Counted from the first letter of the stretch, positions 1 through 8,497 are shown. The stretch: 32,000 nt of DNA from Megasphaera elsdenii DSM 20460 (GCF_003010495.1 NZ_CP027570.1:30001-62000), one strand, 5' to 3'. Translations and numbers: made by a program. The notes: generated from the letters alone by a model not told the origin.

Positions 1-623
1 TAGCGGTCATGCGTGCTGAGGAGGATGGCCGCCTTGCTGTCGCGCAGGTATTCTTCCAGCCACAGGATGGTCTTGTCGTCGAGATGGTTCGTCGGTTCGT
101 CCATGATCAGCAGGTCGCAGGGCATGATCAGGGCCCGGGCCAGGCCCAGGCGTTTGCGCTGGCCGCCGGATAATTCGTCGACGGACTGGGAAAAGTTGGA
201 AATGCCCAATTTACTGAGAATGATCTTGGCATGGGCTTCCAGTTCCCACGCCTGCTGTTCGTCCATTTCGGCGCTGAGGGCGACGACAGCCGCATCATCA
301 TCGCGCTGGACCGCTTCTTCGTAGCGCTGGAGGAGCTTCATGACCGGCAGGTCGCCGTCGAGGACGCTTTCCAGGACCGTATGGCCCGCGACGAACTGCG
401 GTTCCTGCGGCAGGTAATGGATGCGCGCCTTGGGATTGCGCCAGATGTCGCCGCTGTCCGTGTCGGTCAGGCCGGCAATGATTTTCAAGAGTGTCGTCTT
501 CCCGGCACCGTTGAGGCCGATGAGGCCCAGTTTCTGACCGCCGTCGATGGCAAAGGTCACGTCGTCGAAGAGGACCCGCAGGCCGTAAGATTTCTTTACA
601 TGTTCTACTGTCAATATATTCAT
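1..623 (-). CDS. ABC-F family ATP-binding cassette protein, N-terminal part (runs off the left edge of the window)
   Basis: Absent from the ORF track because it has no in-window stop. My translation of the minus strand from ATG 623-621 gives MNILTVEHVKKSYGLRVLFDDVTFAIDGGQKLGLIGLNGAGKTTLLKIIAG... It carries Walker A GLNGAGKTT, ABC signature LSGGQRKR and Walker B LLIMDEPTNHLD. A purine-rich SD-like GAAAGTGAAGAG lies upstream. The + strand ORFs 13..324 and 231..701 are antisense shadows. Confidence 0.85.
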   Translation of the reverse strand, partial: MNILTVEHVKKSYGLRVLFDDVTFAIDGGQKLGLIGLNGAGKTTLLKIIAGLTDTDSGDIWRNPKARIHYLPQEPQFVAGHTVLESVLDGDLPVMKLLQRYEEAVQRDDDAAVVALSAEMDEQQAWELEAHAKIILSKLGISNFSQSVDELSGGQRKRLGLARALIMPCDLLIMDEPTNHLDDKTILWLEEYLRDSKAAILLSTHDR

Positions 624-663
624 TATATGCTCTTCACTTTCTCTGTAGATTTGTCTTTACCGT

Positions 664-698
664 ATCACACATCACATCAAACGTCAAACATCAAACCC
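664..698 (-). repeat. Heptad (period-7) degenerate tandem repeat, 5 units
   Basis: The plus strand reads atcacac/atcacat/caaacgt/caaacat/caaaccc in exact 7-nt register. The complement is GT-rich (gggtttg atgtttg acgtttg atgtgat gtgtgat). Confidence 0.8.
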
Positions 699-700
699 TA

Positions 701-750
701 AGAGCAACCCCTCCGGCCCTCTGGGCCACCTCCCCTATTAAGGGAGGCTT
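701..750 (-). repeat. Family-A ~47-nt intergenic repeat, copy 1
   Basis: agagcaacccctccggccctctgggccacctcccctattaagggaggc matches 12051-12098 with only ~4 mismatches. It contains two small hairpins (ggccc-tct-gggcc and cctccc..gggagg). Confidence 0.85.
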
Positions 751-755
751 TCCCC

Positions 756-783
756 TTGCCAACAGCCCCCACGGGTGTACAAT
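756..783 (+). promoter_or_regulatory. Candidate sigma70-type promoter for ftsH
   Basis: TTGCCA (756-761), a 16-nt spacer, then TACAAT (778-783), about 40 nt upstream of the GTG start at 822. Confidence 0.35.
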
Positions 784-821
784 ATAAAGAATAGATAAAA
801 CACAAAAGGATGTGACGGATC

Positions 822-2642
822 GTGAAAGAAGTCAAAGAAAAGAAAAAGCCGATTTTATTCTACTATATCGTCGCTTTGGCTGTCATTTTCATATTCAACG
901 CCATTGCCCGGCCGTACTACGACTCGCAGAGCGTGAAACAGGTCGACTACGGGACGTTCATGAACATGACCGAAGACGAACAGATTGCCGACGTCCAGAT
1001 TGAAGAAAACCAGATTCTCTTCAAGGACAAAGACGGCAAGGAATACCGCACGGGCGTCGTCAACGACCCGCAGCTGACGGAACGACTGCACAAGGCCAAG
1101 GTCTCCTTCAACGAAGTCATTAAGGAAAAGGATTCGCCCTTTACGGACTTCCTCATCGCCTGGATCCTGCCGATCCTGATTTTCTTCGGCATCGGCCACT
1201 ATTTCAACCGCAGGCTCATGAACCGCGGCGGCGGCAATTCGCTCATGTTCGGCGCCAAGAACCAGGTCAAGGTCTACGTCCCGTCGGCTAACGGCATCCA
1301 TTTCGATGACGTCGCCGGTGAAGATGAAGCCAAGGAAAACCTGTCGGAAATTGTCGATTTTCTCCACCATCCCGATAAATACGCCAAAATCGGGGCCAAG
1401 ATGCCCAAAGGCGTCCTCCTCGTCGGCCCGCCGGGCACCGGCAAGACCATGCTGGCCAAAGCCGTCGCTGGCGAAGCCGGTGTACCCTTCTTCCCCATTG
1501 CCGGTTCGGAATTCGTGGAAATGTTCGTCGGCATGGGGGCTTCCAAGGTCCGCGACCTCTTCCAGCAGGCCAAACAGAAAGCGCCGTGCATCATCTTCAT
1601 CGATGAAATCGACGCTATCGGTCAGAAGCGTACAGGCAATGCCATGGGCAACAGCGAACGGGAACAGACGCTGAACCAGCTGCTGACGGAAATGGACGGC
1701 TTCAACGCCGACGACAACGTCGTCATCCTGGCAGCGACGAACCGGCCGGAATCGCTGGACCCGGCCCTGCTGCGGCCAGGCCGTTTCGACCGCCGCGTCC
1801 CTGTCGAACTGCCGGACCTGGCAGGCCGTGAAGCCATCCTCCAGGCCCATGCCAAGAAAGTCGTCCTCGGCGACGACGTCGATTTCCACACCATCGCCCG
1901 CATGGCTGCCGGAGCTTCCGGGGCCGAACTGGCCAATATCGTCAACGAAGCGGCTCTGCGCGCTGTCCGCGACCACCGCGATGCCGTCAGCCAGGCTGAC
2001 CTGGAAGAAAGCATTGAAGTCGTCATCGCCGGCTATCAGAAGAAGAACGCCATCTTGTCGGACGATGAAAAGAGGACCGTCGCTTACCACGAAATCGGCC
2101 ATGCGCTGGTCGCTGCCCTCCAGACCCATTCGGCACCGGTCCAAAAAATCACCATCATCCCCCGCACGTCAGGCGCCCTGGGCTACACCATGCAAGTCGA
2201 CCAGCAGGATAAATACATCCTGTCCCGGGAAGAACTGGAAAATAAGATTGCCACCCTCACCGGCGGCCGGGCTGCCGAAGAAGTCGTCTTTAACCAAGTC
2301 ACGACAGGCGCTTCGAACGACATCGAACAGGCGACCAAGCTGGCCCGGGCCATGATCACCCGCTACGGCATGACGGACGAATTCGATATGGTCGCCATGG
2401 AAACGGTCACCAATAAATACCTCGGCGGCGATACGTCCCTGGCCTGCGCGCCGGAAACGCAGAAATACATCGACGCCAAAGTCGTCTCCGTCGTCAAGGA
2501 ACAACACGCCAAGGCCAAGAAAATCCTGGAAGACCATCGCCCGGCCCTGGATGCCCTGGCCAAGTACCTCTACGAAAAAGAAACGATTACGGGCAAAGAA
2601 TTTATGGATATCCTGAAAGCGCAGGCCGCAGATCGTGGCTAG
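822..2642 (+). CDS. ftsH: ATP-dependent zinc metalloprotease FtsH
   Basis: 606 aa with an N-terminal TM pair, AAA+ Walker A GPPGTGKT, Walker [13 protein letters not shown] region and zinc motif HEIGHA. GTG start with AAAGGA upstream. Confidence 0.97.
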   Translation: MKEVKEKKKPILFYYIVALAVIFIFNAIARPYYDSQSVKQVDYGTFMNMTEDEQIADVQIEENQILFKDKDGKEYRTGVVNDPQLTERLHKAKVSFNEVIKEKDSPFTDFLIAWILPILIFFGIGHYFNRRLMNRGGGNSLMFGAKNQVKVYVPSANGIHFDDVAGEDEAKENLSEIVDFLHHPDKYAKIGAKMPKGVLLVGPPGTGKTMLAKAVAGEAGVPFFPIAGSEFVEMFVGMGASKVRDLFQQAKQKAPCIIFIDEIDAIGQKRTGNAMGNSEREQTLNQLLTEMDGFNADDNVVILAATNRPESLDPALLRPGRFDRRVPVELPDLAGREAILQAHAKKVVLGDDVDFHTIARMAAGASGAELANIVNEAALRAVRDHRDAVSQADLEESIEVVIAGYQKKNAILSDDEKRTVAYHEIGHALVAALQTHSAPVQKITIIPRTSGALGYTMQVDQQDKYILSREELENKIATLTGGRAAEEVVFNQVTTGASNDIEQATKLARAMITRYGMTDEFDMVAMETVTNKYLGGDTSLACAPETQKYIDAKVVSVVKEQHAKAKKILEDHRPALDALAKYLYEKETITGKEFMDILKAQAADRG

Positions 2643-2676
2643 TGGCTCGTGGCTCGTGATTCGTGGTTTGTGAAAG
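2635..2676 (+). repeat. Heptad GT-rich repeat array overlapping the ftsH stop codon (6 units)
   Basis: gtggcta/gtggctc/gtggctc/gtgattc/gtggttt/gtgaaag in exact 7-nt register. The first unit encodes the last ftsH codons and the TAG stop (2640-2642). Confidence 0.8.
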
Positions 2677-2792
2677 CCTCCCTTGATAGGCCCTTTTTGG
2701 CCCGTCAGGCGTTGACCGCGGGGAAACGCAGGACGGCTGCCAAAACGGAGAGCCGGGCTGGAGGTGGCCCGACGGGCCGGAGAGGTTGGCGG
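2675..2792 (+). repeat. Family-A repeat, copy 3, opposite orientation and split by a ~66-nt insert
   Basis: The reverse complement of 2761-2792 is ccgccaacctctccggcccgtcgggccacctc, the 5' part of family A. The reverse complement of 2675-2694 is gggcctatcaagggaggctt, the 3' part. The two parts are in the right order, separated by 2695-2760. Confidence 0.6.
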
Positions 2793-2879
2793 CTGACACT
2801 TCACTATATACAAGGTTAGGTAAATGTGCTAAAATTAGTTGTTATGTTGGTAAAAATTCTATAGAGTTAAGGGGTTATC

Positions 2880-4430
2880 ATGGCAAACAAGTTTATCTCC
2901 GGCACATTGATCCTGACCTTGTCAGGCTTTGTCGTCAAAGCCATTGGCAGTATCAACTGGATCATCTTGTCCCGTATTCTCGGCGGTGAAGGCATCGGCA
3001 TCTACCAGATGGCCTTCCCGATTTACCTGCTGGCACTCGATATTTCCAGTGCCGGCCTGCCGATCGCAATTTCCATCATCACAGCTGAAAAAGTAGCGAA
3101 ACAGGACTATTTCGGCGCCCAGCGCATTTTCCACGTGTCCCTGTCCATGCTGTGTACGACGGCGCTCTTTTTGAGCATCCTCATGTTCTTCGGCTCCAGC
3201 TTCCTCATCGATGAACACATCATCCGCGAAAGCCGGGCCTATTATTCACTCATCGCCCTGGCACCGGCCATCTTCTTCACGACGATCATCGCCGGTTACC
3301 GCGGCTACTTGCAGGGCTGGCAGCAGATGACGCCGACGGCGATTTCCCAGATCGTCGAACAGCTGGTCCGCGTCGTCGTCATGCTCGGCTTCGCCGCCCT
3401 CCTCCTGCCGTACGGCCTCGATTATGCTGCCGGCGGTGCCAGTCTCGGTGCCGGCGCCGGCGGGTTTGCGGCCTGGCTGGTCCTGGTCTATTACTACTAT
3501 AAACTGAAGCGGTCCCTCCCCGTCGGCGGGCCGACGTTCGAACAGGAAAGCATCAAACACATCTTGAAGCGCCTGGTCATCCTGGCCATCCCCATTTCCC
3601 TGTCGAGCATCATGCTCCCCGTCGTATCCAACCTGGACCTGCTCATCGTCCCGCGGCGGCTGGAAGTGGCTGGTTATTCGACCCATCAGGCCACGGAACT
3701 GTTCGGCTACTTAACGGGCATGTCCGTACCGCTCATCAACTTGGCCACTATCCTGACGGCGGCCATGGCCATGAGCCTGGTACCGGCCATCAGCCACAGC
3801 TTCACCTTGAAGGAATACGATGAAATCCGCGAACGGACGGCGACGTCCATGCGCATTTCCTTCCTGGTCACCATTCCGTTCAGCGTCATCCTCTACGTCA
3901 TGGCCGAACCGATCGTCACCTTCATCTACAATGCACCGGCCGCGACGGAAGCGACGCGGGCTGTGGCCATCGCCATCTGCTTCTTAGGCTTGCATCAGAT
4001 TTCGACGGCCATCCTTCAGGGCCTGAAGAAGCCGAAGATCCCGGTCATCAACATGGCTGTCGCCTGTGTCGCCAAGGTCCTGTGCAACTGGTTCCTGGTC
4101 GCCATCCCGACCTTGGGCATCACCGGGGCTTCCTATGCGACGGTGGCCGACATCGGCGTCGCCGCCGTCCTCAACATGTTCTTCATTTACCGTAAAATCG
4201 GCTACGTCATCGACGTCAAAGTCGTCTTGAAAAACATCGTCTCCGCCGCCATCATGGGCGTCGCCATGTATTTCATGTACGCTTTCCTCTTCCCCTACCT
4301 GGGACTCTTCCTGGACCTCTTCCTGACCTGCATCGTCGGGTCGGCCATCTACATCGGCTGCATGGTCCTCAACGGAGGCGTCACCAAAGAAGACGCTGCC
4401 AAAATGCCCCTTATCGGACGATTTTTCTAG
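2880..4430 (+). CDS. MOP-superfamily polysaccharide/lipid-II flippase (SpoVB/MurJ-like)
   Basis: 516 aa, highly hydrophobic with roughly 14 predicted TM segments. The N-terminus MANKFISGTLILTLSGFVVKAIG...ILSRILGGEGIGIYQMAFPIY is typical of the polysaccharide biosynthesis protein / SpoVB family. SD AAGGGG lies 5 nt before the ATG. Confidence 0.8.
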   Translation: MANKFISGTLILTLSGFVVKAIGSINWIILSRILGGEGIGIYQMAFPIYLLALDISSAGLPIAISIITAEKVAKQDYFGAQRIFHVSLSMLCTTALFLSILMFFGSSFLIDEHIIRESRAYYSLIALAPAIFFTTIIAGYRGYLQGWQQMTPTAISQIVEQLVRVVVMLGFAALLLPYGLDYAAGGASLGAGAGGFAAWLVLVYYYYKLKRSLPVGGPTFEQESIKHILKRLVILAIPISLSSIMLPVVSNLDLLIVPRRLEVAGYSTHQATELFGYLTGMSVPLINLATILTAAMAMSLVPAISHSFTLKEYDEIRERTATSMRISFLVTIPFSVILYVMAEPIVTFIYNAPAATEATRAVAIAICFLGLHQISTAILQGLKKPKIPVINMAVACVAKVLCNWFLVAIPTLGITGASYATVADIGVAAVLNMFFIYRKIGYVIDVKVVLKNIVSAAIMGVAMYFMYAFLFPYLGLFLDLFLTCIVGSAIYIGCMVLNGGVTKEDAAKMPLIGRFF

Positions 4431-4465
4431 AAAAAAAGCGCTGTCTTTACGACAGCGCTTTTTTT
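4431..4465. terminator. Bidirectional rho-independent terminator between the convergent flippase and aminotransferase genes
   Basis: A7, then agcgctgtc (4437-4445), loop tttac, gacagcgct (4451-4459), then T6. Confidence 0.85.
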
Positions 4466-4506
4466 AGTGGTTCGTGACTAGCCACGAGCCACGAACCACT
4501 AACAAC
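4465..4506 (-). repeat. Heptad GT-rich repeat array / 12-bp perfect hairpin overlapping the aminotransferase stop codon
   Basis: The minus strand reads gttgtta/gtggttc/gtggctc/gtggcta/gtcacga/accacta. tagtggttcgtg (4465-4476) and cacgaaccacta (4490-4501) are exact inverted repeats. The TAG stop (4501-4499) lies in the stem. Confidence 0.85.
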
Positions 4507-5674
4507 TTCTATATTTATCCACAAAGCGGGCCATGCGTTTCAGGGCTTCCTGGATGGTGTCCATGCTGGCGGCGTAGGAGATGCGGACGAAGCCTTCGCC
4601 TTGGGCGCCGAAGGCCGTACCCGGGACGACGGCGACTTTTTCTTCCTGGACCAGTTTTTCACAAAATTCGGCCGACGTCATACCCGTGCAGCGGATATCC
4701 GGGAAGATGTAGAAAGCCCCTTTCGGTTCAAAGACGGGCAGTCCCATATCGCACAGGCCTTTATAGATGACTTTGCGGCGGCGGTCGTATTCCTGGCGCA
4801 TGGCTTCGACGTCATCATCACATTCCTTGAGGGCCGTGATGCCGCCGACCTGGGCCGTCGTATTGGCACACATGATGGCGTACTGATGGAGCTTCAAAAT
4901 AGGCGCCAGGCCTTCCCGCGGGGCACAGACATAGCCCAGGCGCATACCGGTCATGGCATAGGCCTTGGAAAAGCCGTTGAAGATGACCGTCCGTTCGCGC
5001 ATGCCCGGCAATTTGGCAAAGGATGTGAATTTGGCATCGCCGTACATGAGTTCACAATAGATTTCATCGGACAAGACGATGAGGTCGTGTTCTTCGGCAA
5101 ATTTGGCAATGGGCATCAGTTCTTCGGCAGACATGACCGTCCCTGTCGGGTTGTTGGGATAGCCGATGACGATGGCCTTGGTCTTGGGCGTGATGACTTT
5201 TTCCAAGGCTTCGACAGTCAATTTGAAGTCGTGTTCCGGATAGGTCGGCACGAAGACCGGCGTCCCGCCGGCCAGTTCGACAGACGCCGGATAGGCGACA
5301 TAGGCCGGGTCGGGGATGATGACTTCATCGCCCGGTTCGGTAATGGCCAAAAGGGCCATGGCCAGGCCTTCGGAGACGCCAACGGTGACCAGGATTTCGT
5401 CTTTTGGGTCATAATGGACGCCATAGCGCTTTTCAAAGTGCTGGCTAATGGCTTCACGGAGCTCCATCATGCCTGAATTGCCGGTATAACTCGTTTCCTT
5501 GGCATCGAGGCTGGCCTTCATGGCGTCCAGGACCTTGTCTGGTGCGGCAAAATCTGGTTCACCGATACTCAGGGACAAGACCCCTTTGACCTGAGCCGCA
5601 ATATCGAAGAACTTGCGGATCCCCGAGGGTTTGATGGCTTTGACATTAGCCGCTGTTTTGTTATTCCAATCCAT
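4499..5674 (-). CDS. Pyridoxal-phosphate-dependent class-I aminotransferase (AspC-type)
   Basis: 391 aa with motifs GYPNNPTG and the PLP-lysine context FSKAYAMTGMRLGY. The substrate cannot be assigned from sequence. Confidence 0.9.
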   Translation of the reverse strand: MDWNNKTAANVKAIKPSGIRKFFDIAAQVKGVLSLSIGEPDFAAPDKVLDAMKASLDAKETSYTGNSGMMELREAISQHFEKRYGVHYDPKDEILVTVGVSEGLAMALLAITEPGDEVIIPDPAYVAYPASVELAGGTPVFVPTYPEHDFKLTVEALEKVITPKTKAIVIGYPNNPTGTVMSAEELMPIAKFAEEHDLIVLSDEIYCELMYGDAKFTSFAKLPGMRERTVIFNGFSKAYAMTGMRLGYVCAPREGLAPILKLHQYAIMCANTTAQVGGITALKECDDDVEAMRQEYDRRRKVIYKGLCDMGLPVFEPKGAFYIFPDIRCTGMTSAEFCEKLVQEEKVAVVPGTAFGAQGEGFVRISYAASMDTIQEALKRMARFVDKYRSC

Positions 5675-5723
5675 AATACAACACCGCCTTTTTTATGATT
5701 ATTTTGCATTTATGTATGCATGT

Positions 5724-5750
5724 ATCTTATATACAGTATACCACTTGCAA
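5724..5750 (-). promoter_or_regulatory. Candidate promoter region for the aminotransferase gene
   Basis: AT-rich block. The minus strand carries TTGCAA (5750-5745) and two alternative -10 candidates: TGgTATACT (extended -10, 5743-5735) or TAAGAT (5729-5724). The spacings are not ideal. Confidence 0.3.
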
Positions 5751-5768
5751 CAAAATCATGGAAGGGAT

Positions 5769-5804
5769 AAAAAAAGGATTGCTGCTGACGCAGCAATCCT
5801 TTTT
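5769..5804. terminator. Rho-independent terminator downstream of alr (bidirectional form)
   Basis: A7, then aggattgctgc (5775-5785), loop tgac, gcagcaatcct (5790-5800), then T-run. The stem is 11 bp and perfect. Confidence 0.85.
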
Positions 5805-5832
5805 CGTGGTTCGTTTGTCGTTCATCGTTTGT
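5805..5832 (+). repeat. Heptad repeat array (4 units, CGTNNNT)
   Basis: cgtggtt/cgtttgt/cgttcat/cgtttgt in exact 7-nt register. cgttcatcg (5819-5827) is complementary to cgatgaacg at 5908-5916 and 5922-5930. Confidence 0.75.
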
Positions 5833-5879
5833 CGAAGATTCACACAAATACTGAATAAGGCTATTCACAGGATTCAGGC

Positions 5880-5906
5880 GGGCCGCCGACTATGGCGGCC
5901 CCTACA
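5880..5906 (-). repeat. GC-hairpin+CTAC element (family C), copy 1, 30 nt downstream of the alr stop
   Basis: gggccgcc (5880-5887), loop gactat, ggcggccc (5894-5901), then ctaca. The 8-bp stem is perfect. The architecture matches 15368-15393 and 23402-23427. Confidence 0.75.
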
Positions 5907-5907
5907 T

Positions 5908-5935
5908 CGATGAACGGCCTACGATGAACGATTTC
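5908..5935 (-). repeat. Heptad repeat array abutting the alr stop codon (4 units)
   Basis: The plus strand reads cgatgaa/cggccta/cgatgaa/cgatttc in 7-nt register and ends exactly at the alr stop (5936-5938). Confidence 0.75.
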
Positions 5936-7135
5936 TTACGGTTTATCAAATAAATATTCTTCGCGGCCGACGACTTTGCCGTTCTTCATGTAGACGCGGG
6001 GGACGCGGCGCGAGATGTCGCACATGATTTCGTAGTTGATGGTGCCGCAGGCGGCGGCGATTTCTTCGATGGGGATGAAGCTGTCGCCTTGGCGGCCGAA
6101 GAGAACGACTTCGTCACCGGCATGAACATTGGCTTCGCCGCTGACATCGATCATGCATTGGTCCATGCAGATGGCGCCGACCTGGGGGACGCGGTGGCCA
6201 TGATAGAGGACGTCGACTTTCCCCGACAGGATGCGCGAATAGCCATCGGCATAACCGACAGGCAGGGTCGCGATTTTCCGGCGCGACGGTGCCGTATAAT
6301 GGCGGCCATAGCTGACCGTCGCCCCGGCGTCGATGAGTTTGACATGGGCAATGCAGCAGCGCAGGGACATGACCGGCCGCAGGTCATAGGGCTTGATATC
6401 GACATCCGGCGACGGTTCGCAGCCGTACATGATGATGCCCGGCCGGACCATGTCACAATAGTATTCCGGCAGTTCCAGGGCAGCCGCACTGTTGCAGCAG
6501 TGGCGCAGGGCGATGTGGATGCCTTCTTCTTCCATGCGCTTGCACATCCAGCGGAAGTGGCCGTACTGTTCGCGCGTAAAGGTCTTGTCCTTGATATCGG
6601 AGACGGCAAAATGAGTGAACATGCCGCGGATCTCGATGTTGGGCAGGGCGGCGATGGCCTTGATTTCAGAGACGCTAAATTCATTGACCTGGAAACCGAC
6701 GCGGCTCATGCCCGTATCGACGGCGATGTGGACGCGCAAGGTCTTGCCCAGGCGCTGGGCTTCCTGCGAGAAAAATTCAGCGTTCTTCAAGTTGAAGACG
6801 GCCGGTTCGATGTCATAGGTCAGGAGTTCTTCCGTCCGCCGGGCATCGGTATGGCCGAGGATGAAGATTTCCTTGTCGATATGCGCGTAGCGGCGAAGTT
6901 CGACGGCTTCGTCCAGGCTGGATACGGCAAAACAATCGGCGCCGTTTTCGGCAAAGGTCTTGGCCAGTTCGACGCTGCCGTGACCGTAGGCATTGGCCTT
7001 GACGACGGCGGCAATCTTGACGTCAGGACCGACGTGTTTGCGGATCTGGCGCATATTGTGAGCGGCTGCGTCCAGGTCGATCTGGGCCCAGACGGCGCGG
7101 CGCGTAAAATTCATGGTACTTTCATATGCATTCAT
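5936..7135 (-). CDS. alr: Alanine racemase
   Basis: 399 aa with PLP-lysine motif AVVKANAYGHG and a C-terminal beta-barrel domain carrying the conserved YGRHY...GYADGY pattern. SD AGGAAGG lies 8 nt upstream of the ATG at 7135. Confidence 0.95.
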   Translation of the reverse strand: MNAYESTMNFTRRAVWAQIDLDAAAHNMRQIRKHVGPDVKIAAVVKANAYGHGSVELAKTFAENGADCFAVSSLDEAVELRRYAHIDKEIFILGHTDARRTEELLTYDIEPAVFNLKNAEFFSQEAQRLGKTLRVHIAVDTGMSRVGFQVNEFSVSEIKAIAALPNIEIRGMFTHFAVSDIKDKTFTREQYGHFRWMCKRMEEEGIHIALRHCCNSAAALELPEYYCDMVRPGIIMYGCEPSPDVDIKPYDLRPVMSLRCCIAHVKLIDAGATVSYGRHYTAPSRRKIATLPVGYADGYSRILSGKVDVLYHGHRVPQVGAICMDQCMIDVSGEANVHAGDEVVLFGRQGDSFIPIEEIAAACGTINYEIMCDISRRVPRVYMKNGKVVGREEYLFDKP

Positions 7136-7191
7136 CGTTATCGCCTTCCTATAGGGAATGTCATTTACATTTCACTATCATAGCACAGCCC

Positions 7192-8478
7192 TTATAGGCC
7201 GTCAATCAACCGGCACAGGCCGTCCATGACCTTTTCTTCCCAAATATAATTGCGGCTGAACTGACCGGCACTGCGCGGGTCGTCGTCTTCGGCCAGGGCC
7301 TCCCCATTCATGACATAGGCAAAGCCGCTTCCCGTCCCGGGACGGATGAAAAGGCCCGATAAGAGGCCAAAGGCCTGGCCCGTATGGCCCCATAAATCGA
7401 TGGCCTTGGTACGGCAGCAGCGGGCCGGCCCTCTGCCGTCGACGAAGAACTCGCCCAGGCCATAGGTCAGCAGGGTCTGGCCGCACGTATCGCCATTGTG
7501 GCCGTCATAGGTCCATTGCGGGCTGAACATGGCCTGGAGCGAAGCGGGCCGGAGGACCTGCCGCCCGGCGTAACGGCCGTCGTGAAGAAGCATCGCCAGG
7601 ACGTGGCCCAATTCTTTCAGGGACAGGCGCAGGCCGCCTTGGGGAGAAAAAATCGTCGCATTGGTCCCAGGCTGATAACCGGCCAGGTCGTAAGTCTGAC
7701 AGACGTCCTGGGCATAGGGATTCTGCAAGGACAGGGTCTCCCTTGGCGGCTGGACACCGCCAAAATCGTCCATAATCCCCTGCCAGGGGCCTTTTTCCTC
7801 CCACCGGCCCTGTCTATCCTGCTTGCGGTAAATCGTCCCTAAGCGGGCGAACTCAGGCGCTTCCAGGTTGCCCGGCACGTAATCAGCCCGGCATTCCAGG
7901 TCCTTCAGGATATGGGTCTTCTGATACTGGTCGAAACGCTGGCCCGTCACGGCTTCGATGACCGTCCCCAAGAGGCCGTAGTTGAGGTTGCAATAGGTGA
8001 AATAGGCGCCCGGTGCCTGTCCGGCCGGCGCGAAATGGGCGCCGCCTTCCCAATAGGGACTGCCTGGCCTAAAGAAGGCCCGGACGCTGACGGATGGCGG
8101 GATACTGTAGACTTTGCCGTCGCGCAGGCCCGACGTATGAGAAGCCAGGCTGCGGAGCGTAATGGGCATGTCGGGATACGACGGATGGCGCAGGCGAAAG
8201 CCGAGGTACTCGCTGACATCCTCGTCGAGGGACAGCTTCCCTGCTTCGGCGAGCTGCATAATCGTAAAGACCGTGAACATCTTGGAGACGGACGCCATGC
8301 GGAAACGGCTGTCTTCCGTCATGGGCCAGGTCTGTGCCCCGGCCATGCGGCGGATACCGCCGGCAAAGCGGTAGACCTCACGGCCGCCGGCATAGGCCAG
8401 GACGGCCAGGCCGGGCACGCAGGTCCCGCTGTCGCCAATAAGGGAGGCAAAATAGCCATCCCAATCCCTTCGCTTCAT
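7192..8478 (-). CDS. Serine hydrolase of the class-C beta-lactamase / DD-peptidase (S12) fold
   Basis: SxxK (SVSKMF), YxN (YCN) and HTG (WGHTGQAFG) boxes are present. I moved the start to ATG 8478 (MKRRDWDGY...), which has AAAGGAG 5 nt upstream. The tracked start at 8499 lies inside the upstream terminator. Confidence 0.85.
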   Translation of the reverse strand: MKRRDWDGYFASLIGDSGTCVPGLAVLAYAGGREVYRFAGGIRRMAGAQTWPMTEDSRFRMASVSKMFTVFTIMQLAEAGKLSLDEDVSEYLGFRLRHPSYPDMPITLRSLASHTSGLRDGKVYSIPPSVSVRAFFRPGSPYWEGGAHFAPAGQAPGAYFTYCNLNYGLLGTVIEAVTGQRFDQYQKTHILKDLECRADYVPGNLEAPEFARLGTIYRKQDRQGRWEEKGPWQGIMDDFGGVQPPRETLSLQNPYAQDVCQTYDLAGYQPGTNATIFSPQGGLRLSLKELGHVLAMLLHDGRYAGRQVLRPASLQAMFSPQWTYDGHNGDTCGQTLLTYGLGEFFVDGRGPARCCRTKAIDLWGHTGQAFGLLSGLFIRPGTGSGFAYVMNGEALAEDDDPRSAGQFSRNYIWEEKVMDGLCRLIDGL

Positions 8479-8497
8479 AATAGCTCCTTTCGGGTGC

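Noticed and set aside
13-701. Plus-strand ORFs 13..324 and 231..701
   Set aside because: They are antisense to a clear ABC-F ATPase reading frame (Walker A, signature and Walker B motifs) on the minus strand. Their products are Arg/Ser/Ala-rich with no motifs, which is typical of GC-rich shadow ORFs.
855-2144. 429-aa minus-strand ORF opposite ftsH
   Set aside because: It is entirely antisense to an unmistakable FtsH gene. The composition is low-complexity and Asp/Val/Gly/Arg-rich, and there is no SD. It is a shadow ORF.
2635-2792. Possible CRISPR array or tRNA/sRNA gene in the repeat-rich ftsH-flippase spacer (and the other heptad arrays)
   Set aside because: The repeat units are 7 nt with no spacers of CRISPR size, and there are no cas genes. 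There is no cloverleaf or T-loop (GTTCGAATC-like) signature for a tRNA. I retain it only as a repeat.
5613-5913. Plus-strand ORFs 5613..5858 and 5695..5913 in the aminotransferase-alr spacer
   Set aside because: They span an AT-rich promoter block, a terminator hairpin and repeat arrays. They have no SD and an implausible composition.
6089-7183. 364-aa plus-strand ORF opposite alr
   Set aside because: It is antisense to alanine racemase and has shadow-ORF composition. It would also run through the alr start region without any RBS.
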